A stretch of DNA of 64,000 bases from Eledone cirrhosa (taxonomy: Eukaryota), in NCBI GenBank assembly GCA_964016885.1, contig OZ024763.1:9982001-10046000 (forward strand), given 5' to 3'. Numbering within the stretch: the first letter of the stretch is position 1; every line of letters starts with the position of its first letter. The translations under genes and the position numbers were made by a program. The notes beneath the pieces are model-generated. The model worked only from the letters and a program-made list of their open reading frames with translations, was not told the origin of the DNA and made no database searches. Below are positions 11,821 to 24,449 of the stretch, piece by piece.

Positions 11821-13316
11821 TTAAAGCCATTTTTATTTTACTTTATTTTAAATATGAAAACACTCTAAAATATACAGGCGTAATTTTTTTTTACATTATT
11901 AACCTGTTTTAGAGATGTTTCCATTTTTATGTAAATTATTGACTGGTAACACAGCGAATTAAAAGAGTCTGTAGAGCCTTCGAATAGAATGCTTTGCGGT
12001 ATTTGTTTCAGTTCTCTGCTTTCTGAATTTAAATTACGCCGAGATCAACCATTATTTTTTTTTATTTTACTCTTCTGATTATCGAATTATTTCCCCTCGC
12101 TCGAATATTCCATAATATAAAATGGAGTTATTGGCCTTTGAAGTTTAACGACTCCGTATAATAAATAAGTTTCGAATTGTGTCGCATGGCAAGTATATAT
12201 TAAAAAAAATACTATTAAGCAGCACAATAAAGAAATAAAATTCTACATATGACAATGTATGGCAGTGGTTAGTTATCATTTTTTTTAGTATGAAAAGTGT
12301 AACTTGAATAAAGTCTCGGGACAACGAGAACTGACTCGTCGGCAGTGTCATATATTTTGATATATATATATATATATATATTTCAAATGGCATTCTACAC
12401 TAGACTCGATATATTACAGGGCTTATTTAGAATGCCTTTAGTTTAAATATAAACTTTCTTAACAGAAGAGACGTAGCTGAATGAAGTCTCGTGTCAACGA
12501 GAACATCTGTTCCTACAATTTGAATCCTTCACTCTCTCACTGATATTTAATTGTTTCCCTTAAATTTTAATATATGGTGATTTATAATTAACAAAATTAG
12601 TTGTTGGTCGTAATAACAATATGAAAGGCTAAAATCAACCACTCCCTCCCATTTCCTCTTACTTTTATTATTTAATATTTTTTTTCTTGCAATATTTGTA
12701 TAATCTCCCCCCCCCCCTCCCCGTATATATGGAAGTGGCAGCAGTTGTAAATACATAGTAGTAGTGGTAAGGAAGTAAGAATGACAACAGTACTGTCAAA
12801 AATAATATAATATAATATATATATAGCACAGAATATAATATATATTTACTGTACATAGCACAGAATATAATATATATATATATAACAGAAATTATTTGTT
12901 TAAACTTTTAACCAATGTTAATAAATAAATGTTTGTTCAACAGTTTCATATAATGTATATATACTATTAATATATATATATACACACTCTATTACTGGTT
13001 TCAGTCATTAGTAACAGTAGTAATGAACAATAACAAAGCATCCAATAGTAGCAGTAGTAAGAGTAGTGTAGAATAAGGAAGTAAGAGCGGTTGTAGTAGT
13101 AATAGAAGTAATAGTAGTGGTGGTGGTGGTGGTAACCGTAGTAGTTGTGGTGTGTGTATACATGAAAGCCCAGGAGCTGCCGGAATATCCCAACATGAAG
13201 GGTTAAAACTTAATAAACAGACAAAGAAATCCATAAGACACACACACACGGGCTAGAGCTGAGCAAGCTAAACTATAGCTACAACCATCCCGTCTCACAG
13301 GGCCCACCAGGTTGTG
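11820..13316. promoter_or_regulatory. Probable divergent promoter region between B3GALNT2/CCDC115 and FBXO42
   Basis: Head-to-head arrangement of the genes, local CpG enrichment, and a duplicated 21-bp motif at 12311 and 12484. Confidence 0.4.
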
Positions 13317-13569
13317 ATGGAAGACGAAGATGAAGACCACCACATCAAGAAAACCCTGCAACCAGACGAAACGGTCCTTGCCCAGATATTGCGTAAGGAC
13401 GATGACAGCGAAGGAGGTGCCGATGATGATTGTTGTCAAGTAGAACGAGGTGTTTCCATTCGTGACTTCCCAGAAGAATTGGTCGAACATATATTCTACT
13501 ATTTGTCACCATACCGGGATTTACAATCGGCAAAGCTAGTCTGTAGGCAGTGGTACCGCCTTGCCTTAG
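13317..13569 (+). CDS. FBXO42: FBXO42 coding exon 1 (F-box)
   Basis: ATG at 13317; F-box '[36 protein letters not shown]'; donor TAG|GTAAGA at 13570, phase 1. Confidence 0.9.
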
Positions 13570-13707
13570 GTAAGACACACGCGCACACACACGTATATAT
13601 ATATATATATATATATACACATTTATATATATACATATTTATATATATATATATATATATATACACACCCTTTCTGTCTTTCTATCTATATACACTTATC
13701 TATTTAT

Positions 13708-13752
<45 letters not shown>

Positions 13753-13791
13753 TTTATAAATATATATATATATATACACATATATTTATAA

Positions 13792-13822
<31 letters not shown>

Positions 13823-14149
13823 CACATATATTTATAAATCTCTCTCTCTCTATATATATATACACCTATTTATAAATATTTTCTCACACACACACTATAT
13901 ATATATATAATATGTAGGTTCCCGAGCGGTGTCGTAGGTAACCACAATTAAAAGAGGTACTCAATATATTATTATATAGAGAGAAATGACTTCTACAGGA
14001 CTAGAACTGTATCATTCGTATGAAATCATCCGGACATACCTGATGATTTCATACGAATGAAACAGTTTTAGTCCTGTAGAAGTCATTTCTCTCTATATAA
14101 TATATATGTATATAGTTACTTACACACACACACGCGTGTGTTATGCTTA

Positions 14150-14211
<62 letters not shown>

Positions 14212-14369
14212 CATTTCTGTTTATTTATACATACATGCTGGCATAACTAATGTCTCAACCCGGTTCTGCATCTAAAATGGAACCTATTTTCACTTTATCT
14301 CAATTCTATCTTAATATCGCCACTGGACAGGCATGAACATCACTACATCTTATACTTTCCTATTTGAGT

Positions 14370-14405
<36 letters not shown>

Positions 14406-15136
14406 AATGAAGTAATTCCGTCGGAAAGGTCCAGGAAAAAAGAGTGCTTTATGTAGGTTACAGACCTTATTACATAAATATATGTTATTACATAAATATA
14501 TATATATATGTGTGTGTGTGTAATATAAATCTCTATATGTATATTTATATATATATATATATATATATATAAAGTGTGTGTATGTATTTGAAATTAATGT
14601 GCAAGTGGCTGAGTATTCCACAGACATTAATGTAGTTATCAAGAAGTGCCGCTGAATTACAGGTACATCTCATGTTTGTCAGCTGTAAGAACTGGACGTT
14701 AATATGAAATAAGGGGTTTTGCTCAATAACACATGCCGACAGTAATTGTACATATGACATTAGTGAACTGAAGAACTCCATAACACCCAAACCACATGTC
14801 TTCACTTCAATAAGTATGAACACTTTAAAAGAAAGTTTTGTAATGTAGAACCAGTGGTAGTGGGGTCTTAGACAGTTTTGTAGAGTGGCTCTTTTGATGT
14901 TCAGTTGACCTCTGTGTTGTTCTAAATCTAATGATATGCAGTAAGTTTACATTTTGTGTCAAAAACTACATGCTCTTACATGGTAAATGATGGTTAAAAG
15001 ACGTAAAATACTCATAAAATGTTAAAAATAGCTCCATTATAAATGTTTCTCAGACTCAGAGAATATTAAACATTGGGTCATGGCATCTGTCACGAAGATT
15101 TGTGCAGTTCTAAATCTGATTTTGTGCTAAATACTA

Positions 15137-16373
15137 CAAGGGTCGGCTGAAAGTTTCATAGGCTGACCAAGATACTCTCATGGAATATGACCAAATGAGG
15201 TTTATTTTTCAACATAGTCCCCCTTGCAGTCCACACACTTCTTCCATCAGTGTTGCAGGGCTTTTATCCTGTTGGTAAAAAAAAGTCATCAACAGCAGAT
15301 ATGTCATCATCACTGTGACACTGGTTCCCACCCAAGCGTTTTTTCATGTTGGGGAACATAATAGTCAGATGGGGCCATATCAGGAGAATAGGGAGGGTGA
15401 TCAACCAGTTCAAAGAAACAGCCACACACAGCAGCCATTGAAACCAAGGACTTGTATGCTGGAGCATTGCCCTGGTGAAACAAGACTCCTTTAGTCAGTT
15501 TGTCCTGGATGTTTGGTCTTGATAGCCTTTTGTAATGGCCTCGGCAAGTTGACATAGTAATCTCCATTGATGGTGTGGCCCTTTTGAAGATAAACACAAT
15601 GCCTTTTGTATCCAAAACAGTTGAGGCTATCACCTTCTCTACAGATGAAACGACCTTGGCCTTCCTTGGTGCAAGTGAGGAGGTGTGTTTCCATTGCATG
15701 GACTGTCTCTGGCTCAAAGTGATGAACCCAACACTCATCCTAGGTTAGGAAACATTCAAGGAAACTAGCTGGATGTGCCTCAATGTCAGATTTTCCTGTG
15801 ATGTGATCAGCCTGGTGTGATTTTGATCAGGTGTCAGAAGATGTGGCACCCACCTTTGTCATGCCAAGTTCATTGTGCAGAATATTCTAAACTCTCTCAC
15901 AGAATATGCTAATAGCATTGGCTACTTGATTTAACTCACCTGTCATCCATCACCATGTGGTGAACACGATCATTGTTTTCTTTGGTGGTGACAGTTGCAA
16001 GATGTCCAGACCCTGAGTCATCTTCAAGACTCTCCCTCCCTCCCTTTCTAGATTCAGCTGCCCATTTTTGCACTTTTGATAAAGCTGGAATATCATCCCT
16101 TAATGTAGCAACCATGTCTGCATGAATGTCCTTGGGGGCTAAACCCTTTTTCTGCAGGTAATTGATAACACCAAGATTTCAAATGTTGTCCATTTTCCAG
16201 AGAAGTCGCTACCAGTTACTTTTGAAGTCTTCTTTGAACAGTCAGATGTCAGTTTACCTGGAAAGAAACAATGCAGTTATTAATAAGAAGAGTTGAAATT
16301 AGTGCATGCAAGATTTCAAGGCTCTAACTTCACTCTTTCCATGCCAGCCTATGAACTTTTCAGCCCATCCTCG
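15137..16373 (-). mobile_element. Decayed mariner (DD34D-type) transposon
   Basis: About 30-bp imperfect TIRs (caagggtcggctgaaagtttcataggctg / cagcctatgaacttttcagcccatcctcg) with TA flanks; frameshifted transposase with 'HQGNAPAY' and 'HPPYSPDMAPSDY'. Confidence 0.85.
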
Positions 16374-16933
16374 TAAATGATGGTTAAAAAATTAAAACAC
16401 TTGTAAAGTATTTAAAATATCACTATTACAAATGTTTGGTATGAAAATAAAGTTAAGGGTCAGGAAGGCTGCCATCATTATCAAACTTGACTCCTTTTCC
16501 TTTTTAAGTGAAAAGGGGTTTATTTTGTTTGTTTTTATTTACTTTTTGCATGGGGGGGGGGGGTTAATCACTAGTATGTATGGACTTGTAACTCTTGATG
16601 GTGGTGTTGGAGCATTGTTGTAAGATATGGTGTATTAAGAGCAATTTAAACCTGGTGAAGCCCGTCCCCTTTCCAGGTCTGAACACAGCTGATTTCTTCC
16701 AGAGAAAGAGAGAGAGAAGTGAGGAAGAATCAACTGCCCGTACTGGACTGGTACTTTTTTTTTATAAACCTCGAAAGAATGAAAGGCGAAGTTGACCTTA
16801 GTGGGATTTGAACTCCAAGCACAGCTGGAACAAATACCACAAACATTCTGACATTCTCATTATTCTACCATGGCAATTTGTCACCTTTTTTTTTTTTATC
16901 TCTAGACTGACATATATATTTCTTTTTTTACAG

Positions 16934-17170
16934 GTGTTATATATAAACGGGAACAGAATTTCCATAATGCTATATCCAACACTGAAGTATTGTGGACGAA
17001 GCTACTACCAGGTGATGGCCCTTCCATCACAGACCGCTACTCTCATTGTGCCTGCTACTATGACAAGTCCTTGTATGTTTTTGGGGGCTGCACTTCAACC
17101 AATACCACTTTTAATGATCTATGGGGGTTTGATTTGGCCAGCCGGCAATGGGTGCGGCCCTTGGCAATGG
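16934..17170 (+). CDS. FBXO42: FBXO42 exon 2 (kelch)
   Basis: Acceptor tttttttacag|; encodes 'RYSHCACYYDKSLYVFGGCT...FNDLWGFDLASRQWVRPLAMG'; donor GTAAGA at 17171. Confidence 0.92.
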
Positions 17171-18688
17171 GTAAGATCATTTGGCTTATTTTCTTATTTT
17201 CCTACATTTTTTACTGGTTTCAGTCATTGCAGGCATACTGGAGCTTTGCCTCCAAGGAATTGATCATGTTCACCCACACCCCCTCTACTCTGATCTTTCT
17301 TTGATCTCTTTTTGCCAAACCACTACTGGTTGTTAAATGGTGCAGACTTAAAAACAGACATAGATAGACAGGCACGCCCTCACATATACACATGTGGCAG
17401 GCTTCTGTACAGTTTCTGTCTACCAGATGTAAAAGGTATTTGAAACTTAATAAAAGATAAATATTGGTATATTAAGATGGTGATTAGAACATAATTTAAA
17501 AAATAATCTATATTGGAATATTCAGATAGTGTTTTGTACATAACAAGAGATAAATATACCTTGATACTTTAGCCCTTTAGTATTTAAACCAGCCATATCC
17601 GGTCAGAATTCTCTCACCTCATTCTGTTGTAACTGGCTGCTCATACTGATGTTAAGGTATTGTTCTCAAAATGTATAGCATCAAAATCTTGTAGATTTAA
17701 TATTATGTGAGATAAATATTTAAGATAACGCTTTTACCACAAAAATACAATAGTAAATGATCGAACATAATTTCATGAAAGACAAATATATATATATTGG
17801 TATATTAAGATGGTGTTTGGAACAACAAAAGATATATATTGTGACATTGAGCAGTGATTGTGCATGGTTGTGTGGTTAAGAAGTTTACTTTGCAATCATG
17901 TGGTTTCAGTTCAGTCCCACTGTGTGACATCTTGGTTCAATGTAGGTTGACTTCCTTTTCGGTCCTCTAATCCCATTAATCCTTTAGCATTTAAACCAAC
18001 CAGAATTCCCTCACCTCTTTCTATTCAAACCAGCCATAACTAGCTGCTCATATTTATGTTAAAGTATTGTTCTCAAAATAAATACCGAAATCTTGTAGAT
18101 TCGATATTATGTGAAATAAAGTGTTTACCGTGAAAATACAATAGTAAATATACAGTAATGTAAAGGGTTAACCTATTCCATATCAAACCATCCTTGGTTC
18201 TATGCTACTAAACTGTTTATATTTACCTAACCTTCTGCCCACGACCACCACAACCAAAATATGTCAACATTAAACTTCAATATTATTATCATCATTAGTT
18301 AACCTGTTTATCTGATGTGATGATGGATGATGATTAAGTTAATATTGATGATTATGATAGTGATGATTAGCAAATGTGAAGATGATTAAGGTACTGTTTT
18401 AATGATGATGATGGTGATTAAGGTATTGTTTTAATGATGATGATGGTGATGATTAAGGTATTGTTTTAATGATGATGATGGTGATGATTAAGGTATTGTT
18501 TTAATGATGATGATTAGCTAATGTGATGATAATGATGATGGTGCTTAAGTTAATGTGATAATTATGATGATGGTGATGATTAAGTTAATGTGATGCTGAT
18601 TATACTAATGTGATGATTAACTAACCTACAGTGTGTCATATAATTTATACAGTTTTTCTTTCCTCCCACCTCTCTCTTCCTCCTCTAG

Positions 18689-18792
18689 GTGCTTACCCCT
18701 CCCCTAAAGCCTGCGCTACCATTGTAGTTTATAAGGACAGCTTGGTATTATTTGGAGGCTGGAGTCATCCAACACCATCACCACTACATCAG
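18689..18792 (+). CDS. FBXO42: FBXO42 exon 3
   Basis: Encodes '[34 protein letters not shown]'; canonical AG/GT ends, phases 1/0. Confidence 0.92.
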
Positions 18793-19039
18793 GTAAACCC
18801 TTTTTATCAGCATTATCTATTATGTTAAATGAGTGCTGTTGTACCAGTGGTGTAAAACGTCTGTCATACAGTGGAAAGGGGATGGTAAAAGTGTGTGTCT
18901 GTGTGAGAGAGAGAGAGAGAGAGAGAGAGCAATGATAGAGGTAGTAGCAACAAAGCAGAATTTAAACAAAATTTTTAATCTCACATCTTTATGAAAGAGG
19001 ATACTAAAAGTGTGTGTGTGTGTGTGTGTGAGAGAGACA

Positions 19040-19570
19040 GAGAGTCCCTGAGGCTTGGCCTCCACATCTGTGATCCTCACAAAGGCTGCTGTGGTTCCAC
19101 TGTGAATTCTTATGGTCTTCACCCATTGTCATGGCATTATAGTGCTGGCTGCCTCCTACGCCATGCTGCTCTCAATGAGATCATAAAGCATGGCCTGAAT
19201 AATACAGGTTTCCCAGGGCTGGACCAAGGGGATGGCAAAAGGCCAGACAATCTTCCGTTCTGCGGAGGTAGGCCCCTCATGTGGGATACAGGTTGTGACA
19301 CTTTCTCTAGCAGCAACTTTGTGTGTTCAGTTACCAGCCAAGGGTTCGCTGCCTACCAGGCCAAAGATGGCAGACTGTCAAAGTATCGGCCGCTCTCTGA
19401 TAGGTTTTGGTTGAACCTGTAGCAGTGAAGACTTCTGGCATTCTTGGCCTCCGGACCACATCCTTGCTCATTGCTATTGGAGCAGGTGTGAGCCCTGTGA
19501 AGTAGAATGACTCTTTCAGCACGTCTCTCTCGACATCCTCCAGGACAGTGTCATTTCCATCCTATCATGA
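19040..19570 (+). mobile_element. 3' fragment of a CRE-like non-LTR retrotransposon (zinc knuckle plus restriction-like endonuclease)
   Basis: 'LRLGLHICDPHKGCCGSTVNSYGLHPLS...RHAALNEIIK...GDGKRPD...LMWDTGCDT'. Confidence 0.65.
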
Positions 19571-19696
19571 GGTGGACTGACCCCTAAGTTTCATCTATGG
19601 TGGTGGCATGTGGTTCAGATTTACTTCCATAAGCATGATTTGTAAGGAAGTGAAAACATTTAATAGTTACTCTTCCCCCCACTCACTTAGTAAATT

Positions 19697-21311
19697 CTTC
19701 TTCTTCGCCACTTATTCCTGAGAGGGTCATGGAGAAAGAGTCCTCAAACATTCCCTCCAGCGGGTCCTATCTGACGCAACCATCTCCAGTGGGTCCTATC
19801 TGAAGCAACCATCTCCAGCAGGTCCTATCTGAAGCAACCATCTCCAGCAGGTCCTATCTGACGCAACCATCTCCAGCAGGTCCTATCTGACGCAACCATC
19901 TCCAGCAGGTCCTATCTGAAGCAACCATCTCCAGCAGGTCCTATCTGACGCAACCATCTCCAGCAGGTCCTATCTGAAGCAACCATCTCCAGCAGGTCCT
20001 ATCTGACGCAACCATCTCCAGTGGGTCCTATCTGAAGCAACCATCTCCAGCAGGTCCTATCTGACGCAACCATCTCCAGTGGGTCCTATCTGAAGCAACC
20101 ATCTCCAGTGGGTCCTATCTGAAGCAACCATCTCCAGCAGGTCCTATCTGACGCAACCATCTCCAGTGGGTCCTATCTGAAGCAACCATCTCCAGCAGGT
20201 CCTATCTGACGCAACCATCTCCAGTGGGTCCTATCTGAAGCAACCATCTCCAGTGGGTCCTATCTGAAGCAACCATCTCCAGTGGGTCCTATCTGAAGCA
20301 ACCATCTCCAGCAGGTCCTATCTGACGCAACCATCTCCAGCAGGTCCTATCTGAAGCAACCATCTCCAGCAGGTCCTATCTGACGCAACCATCTCCAGTG
20401 GGTCCTATCTGAAGCAACCATCTCCAGCAGGTCCTATCTGACGCAACCATCTCCAGTGGGTCCTATCTGAAGCAACCATCTCCAGCAGGTCCTATCTGAA
20501 GCAACCATCTTCATTTGATCTGTCTGGATCCGCAAGCGAGACCAGCCGAGGTCATGAATGTTATCCAACCATGTTGGGTCTCCTGCCAGTTGGTTTTGCT
20601 TGTAAGATATATCCAGCAGTTATTTTCTCCGACATTCTAACCACATGCCCTTAGTATCAGAACTGTGATTTCTCATTCATAGAAGTAGCGGCTCTACCTG
20701 GAGTGACTCTCTGTTCTCCAAGCTACGCACTCTGTCGAGTAACGTTACTCCAACGACCCTTCAAAGGAACCCCATTTCAGCTGTTTGTATTCGCGATCAT
20801 ATTCTTTCAGTCATTACCCAAGATTCATGACCATAGGTAAGGGTTGGCTCAAATATTGAATTGAAGATTACAAGTTTGGATTTTACACCTACCTCCCTTC
20901 TTCTGATTACTGAATGATGGAGCTGGCGCATTAGTGCGCCAGCTCCTGCAATTCTTGCACTTAATTCAGCCTCCTGCCTTCCATCACTTGTGAACACAGC
21001 CCCGAGATACTTGCACTTCTCCACTTTCGTACTGTCACCTCTCCTGTTCATTATTTTCGAGAACAGAATTGACAAGTGCAGCTGGGCTGGAAGTGGTGTC
21101 ATGACTGGCAGGTGTAGGATCAGTTGGCTGGAATTTGCAGACATCATGGTATTATTTAACTCATCAGGTGATCTCTGATATGCACTTGATAGGTTTGATG
21201 TTGAGTGTTGCATGGCTGGAATGAAAATCAGTGCTGCGAAGACTGAGACACTTGTCCTTTCAAGGAAGCCTGTGCAGTGCACTCTACATGTAAATGGAGT
21301 TCCACTGAATA
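19697..21311 (-). mobile_element. RTE-like LINE insertion with 5' inversion, internal 30-bp minisatellite and (GAA)n tail
   Basis: Minus-strand 'KYLGAVFTSDG...PTLTYGHESW'; inverted RT piece 'LSPLLF...FADI...MKISAAKT' on plus at ~21030-21310; candidate TSD AGTAAATT at 19689-19696 and 21312-21319. Confidence 0.75.
19755..20510. repeat. 30-bp minisatellite (~25 units) GGTCCTATCTGA(A/C)GCAACCATCTCCAG(CA/TG)
   Basis: Directly visible tandem array without spacers. Confidence 0.95.
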
Positions 21312-21719
21312 AGTAAATTAATATATACTTTTATAGCAAAAGAGGATGATAAGGTTGTGAGAGTGAAAGAGTGGGTGGGGGCAAAATATTTTTCTTAATC
21401 CTATAAGAAGTCTTTATGAAAAGGAGATGATATGTGATAGAGAAAGAGAGATATAGAAAGAGCTAAAAGATTTACTTTTACAAAATATAGTTTATTCTCA
21501 AATATATACAAGCAAAATATTCCATTTTCAGTCATTTGTTAAATTTATTTGATTTGTTTCATTGTATACAGTTGTCCCCTGGTATTGTGGGGGTTATGTT
21601 CCTAGAATACCCTCCAATAATGGACGTCATCCATAAAAATGCCTATAAAAGTCAAAACATAAAGTAAAATATAATTAAAAAAGAGGGGGCAAATACAGTA
21701 TATTGTTATTAATAATTTA

Positions 21720-22590
21720 GATAAAGATAATAAGATAATGAAATTATTGTGTACAGTGCTCAGGTGCACTACAACTCATCAAAGGTGCATGTATAGTACA
21801 TAGAATAATGAACAAATGTCAGGAAAATAAACAGTGTATGAATCATGATATAATAACAATAACAATAATGAAATATTGTGTACAGTGCCCAGGTGCACCA
21901 CAACTCATCAAAAAGTGCATGTACAGTACATAGGGCAATGCACAAACATCAGTAAAATGAACAGTGCACGAGTCATGATACACACATGTGTGCATGTGTA
22001 TGGAAGGGGTACATCAGGTGTAGTTTTGGCGTATTTCGGGAAGCATGAGTGTCTTAAAGGATGCAGTGTCTCGGCAGCTAACAATTGACGCAGGCAGTTT
22101 GTTCCATGCTTCAGCAACTCTGAGCGTGAAAAAATGTCTGCGAAAGTCATGGGAGCTGTGCTGTTTTCTTATCTTGTAGGCATGTCCACGTGTGTTAGAC
22201 ACATGGAGATCAAAGAGGCGCTCAGGGTTGCAGTTGGCGAGATGGTTAAAAACTTTGTGGGTATTCACCAAGTCCATTGCCAGACGTCGGAGCTTCAATG
22301 AATCCATGCCCAGGGAAGCAAGGCGTTCAGAGTATGGTAGGTGTCTGATGGAGGGTATGCGCTTGGTTGCACGTCTCTAAACAGTTTCCAGGAGGTCAAT
22401 GTTCCGAGCAAGATAGGGGTTCCAGACTGATGATGCGAATTCCAAGTGTGGTCGCACCATAGCTGTATACAGTTTTAAATAGATGGCTGGAGAGCGGCTA
22501 ACAAAGGTCTTGCTGAGTGATGCCAAGACACCCTCGGCCTTCTTGACAATCTTAGAGACATGCTTTGTCCAACGCAAATCGTTGCTGACA
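21720..22590 (-). mobile_element. CR1/L2-type LINE 3' fragment nested in a Tigger/pogo-like MITE (~21569-22753)
   Basis: 'LYTAMVRPHLEFASSVWNPY' and 'TRGHAYKIRK...RRHFFTLRVAEAWNKLP'. The two MITE halves on either side resemble the uninterrupted copies at ~680-975 and ~3834-4077. Confidence 0.8.
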
Positions 22591-22827
22591 AATAATAGCT
22601 TTAAAATAATATATATTGCCACAAAAAAAGCCATAAAAACATCATGGGAGATATTTACAATTCCACGAATATGCAGTGGTTTCCACAAACAATTGTTAGG
22701 TTCTAAGGAAAATTCTGTGAATAACTGGGACCACGAAGACCAGGGGTACATTGTATATATAATTAAGTACTGTATGTATTACTTGTGTATATGTGTTTCT
22801 CTGTCTATCCCTCTCTCTCTCTTCCAG

Positions 22828-22988
22828 GCTGCCTGTTTCTTCAATGAGCTTCATATCTACACCCCCTCTACAAACCGGTGGACTTCCATTACTTCTCGCA
22901 ACCAGCCACAGTCTGTTGCTGGTCACTCAGCTTCCATTATAAAGGACACCATGATTGTCTTTGGAGGGTCACATTTTCCTGGCACTGG
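22828..22988 (+). CDS. FBXO42: FBXO42 exon 4
   Basis: Encodes 'AACFFNELHIYTPSTNRW...AGHSASIIKDTMIVFGGS'; cttccag| acceptor and GTATGT donor, phases 0/2. Confidence 0.9.
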
Positions 22989-23079
22989 GTATGTATTACA
23001 ATGTCACTACATGTTGGTGTTGATGTTGATGTTGTAGTAGTGGTTGTGGTGATAGTTGTTACTCTGCATTCTATACACA

Positions 23080-23930
23080 TACATACTGCAATATACACAC
23101 ACATAAACATACCACAGAGACACTCCATATACATACATACACATACTTCATTCACACAAATATACACACACACTCTACACACCCAGCTACTTAACACACA
23201 CTCCACACATATATATATACACCCACACTCACTCTACACATATATATACACCCACACTCATTCTACACATATATATATACACCCACACTCACTACACATA
23301 TATATACCCACACTCACTCTACACATATATATACACCCACACTCACTCTACACAGATATATACACGCCCACACTTACTCTACACATATATACGCACCCAC
23401 ACTCACTCTACACATATATACACACCCACACTTACTCAACACATATATACACACCCACACTCACTCTACACATATATACACACCCACACTCACTCTACAC
23501 ATATATATACACCCACACTCACTCTACACATATATACACCCACACTTACTCTACACATATATACACACCCATACTCACTCTACACATATATACACACCCA
23601 CACTTACTCTACACATATACACACCCACACTCACTCTACACATATATACACACCCACACTCACTCTACACATATATACACACCCACACTTACTCTACACA
23701 TATATACACACCCACACTCACTCTACACATATATACACACCCACACTTACTCTACACATATATACACACCCACACTCACTCTACACATATATACACACCC
23801 ACACTCACTCTACACATATATACACACCCACACTCACTCTACACATATATACACACCCACACTCACTCTACACATATATACACACCCACACTCACTCTAC
23901 ACATATATATACACCCACACTTACTCTACG
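23080..23930. repeat. ~29-bp CA-rich minisatellite (cacacccacactcactctacacatatata)n
   Basis: Tandem array in FBXO42 intron 4. Confidence 0.9.
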
Positions 23931-24007
23931 CGTGTTACCTCAACCCATCCCACCCATTCCACCACACTCTCCTGTTGAATCAGTCATGTGTTGGGTTGTT
24001 TTTGTAG

Positions 24008-24104
24008 GTCCAATGATGTTTGGCTGTTTGATTTTCTGGAGCAGGACTGGCACAAGAAGGAAATCACTGGACCAAAACCAAGTCCACGGTATGGTCAGTC
24101 ACAG
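24008..24104 (+). CDS. FBXO42: FBXO42 exon 5
   Basis: Encodes 'SNDVWLFDFLEQDWHKKEITGPKPSPRYGQSQ'; tttgtag| acceptor and CAG|GTAAGT donor. Confidence 0.92.
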
Positions 24105-24449
24105 GTAAGTGTCTTTCTCTACATACATATTTCACAACATGTGTATCTTAGTAGACCTCCTTCAGTCATGGTTGACCATCTTCCTCTCTGAGGCACATGA
24201 CCAGCAGTCACTTCATGCCATGCCACATGACCAGCAGTCACTTCATGCCATGCCACAGATGTTGTCCACAGCTTCACACCAATGGCATCACAACACATTT
24301 TTTCCAATTTCGTAAACCAGAACAAAATGAAAATAGAGTGTCTTGCTCTAGAAAACTACCTGCCCCTGGTCCAAGAAATGAACTGACGACCTCATGATTC
24401 CAAGCCCAACACTCTAACAACTAAGCCACATGCCTTCACACACACAACT

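Noticed and set aside
13570-13910. C-terminal half of the 198-aa ORF
   Set aside because: Read-through into an intronic (TA)n tract after the GT donor at 13570.
19755-20510. CRISPR-like array (30-bp repeats); likewise the 36-bp array at 39031-39600
   Set aside because: Units are directly adjacent with no unique spacers, there are no cas genes, and the context is eukaryotic intron; these are minisatellites.
22878-23978. 366-aa His/Thr/Tyr-rich ORF
   Set aside because: Translation of a CA/TA minisatellite in FBXO42 intron 4.
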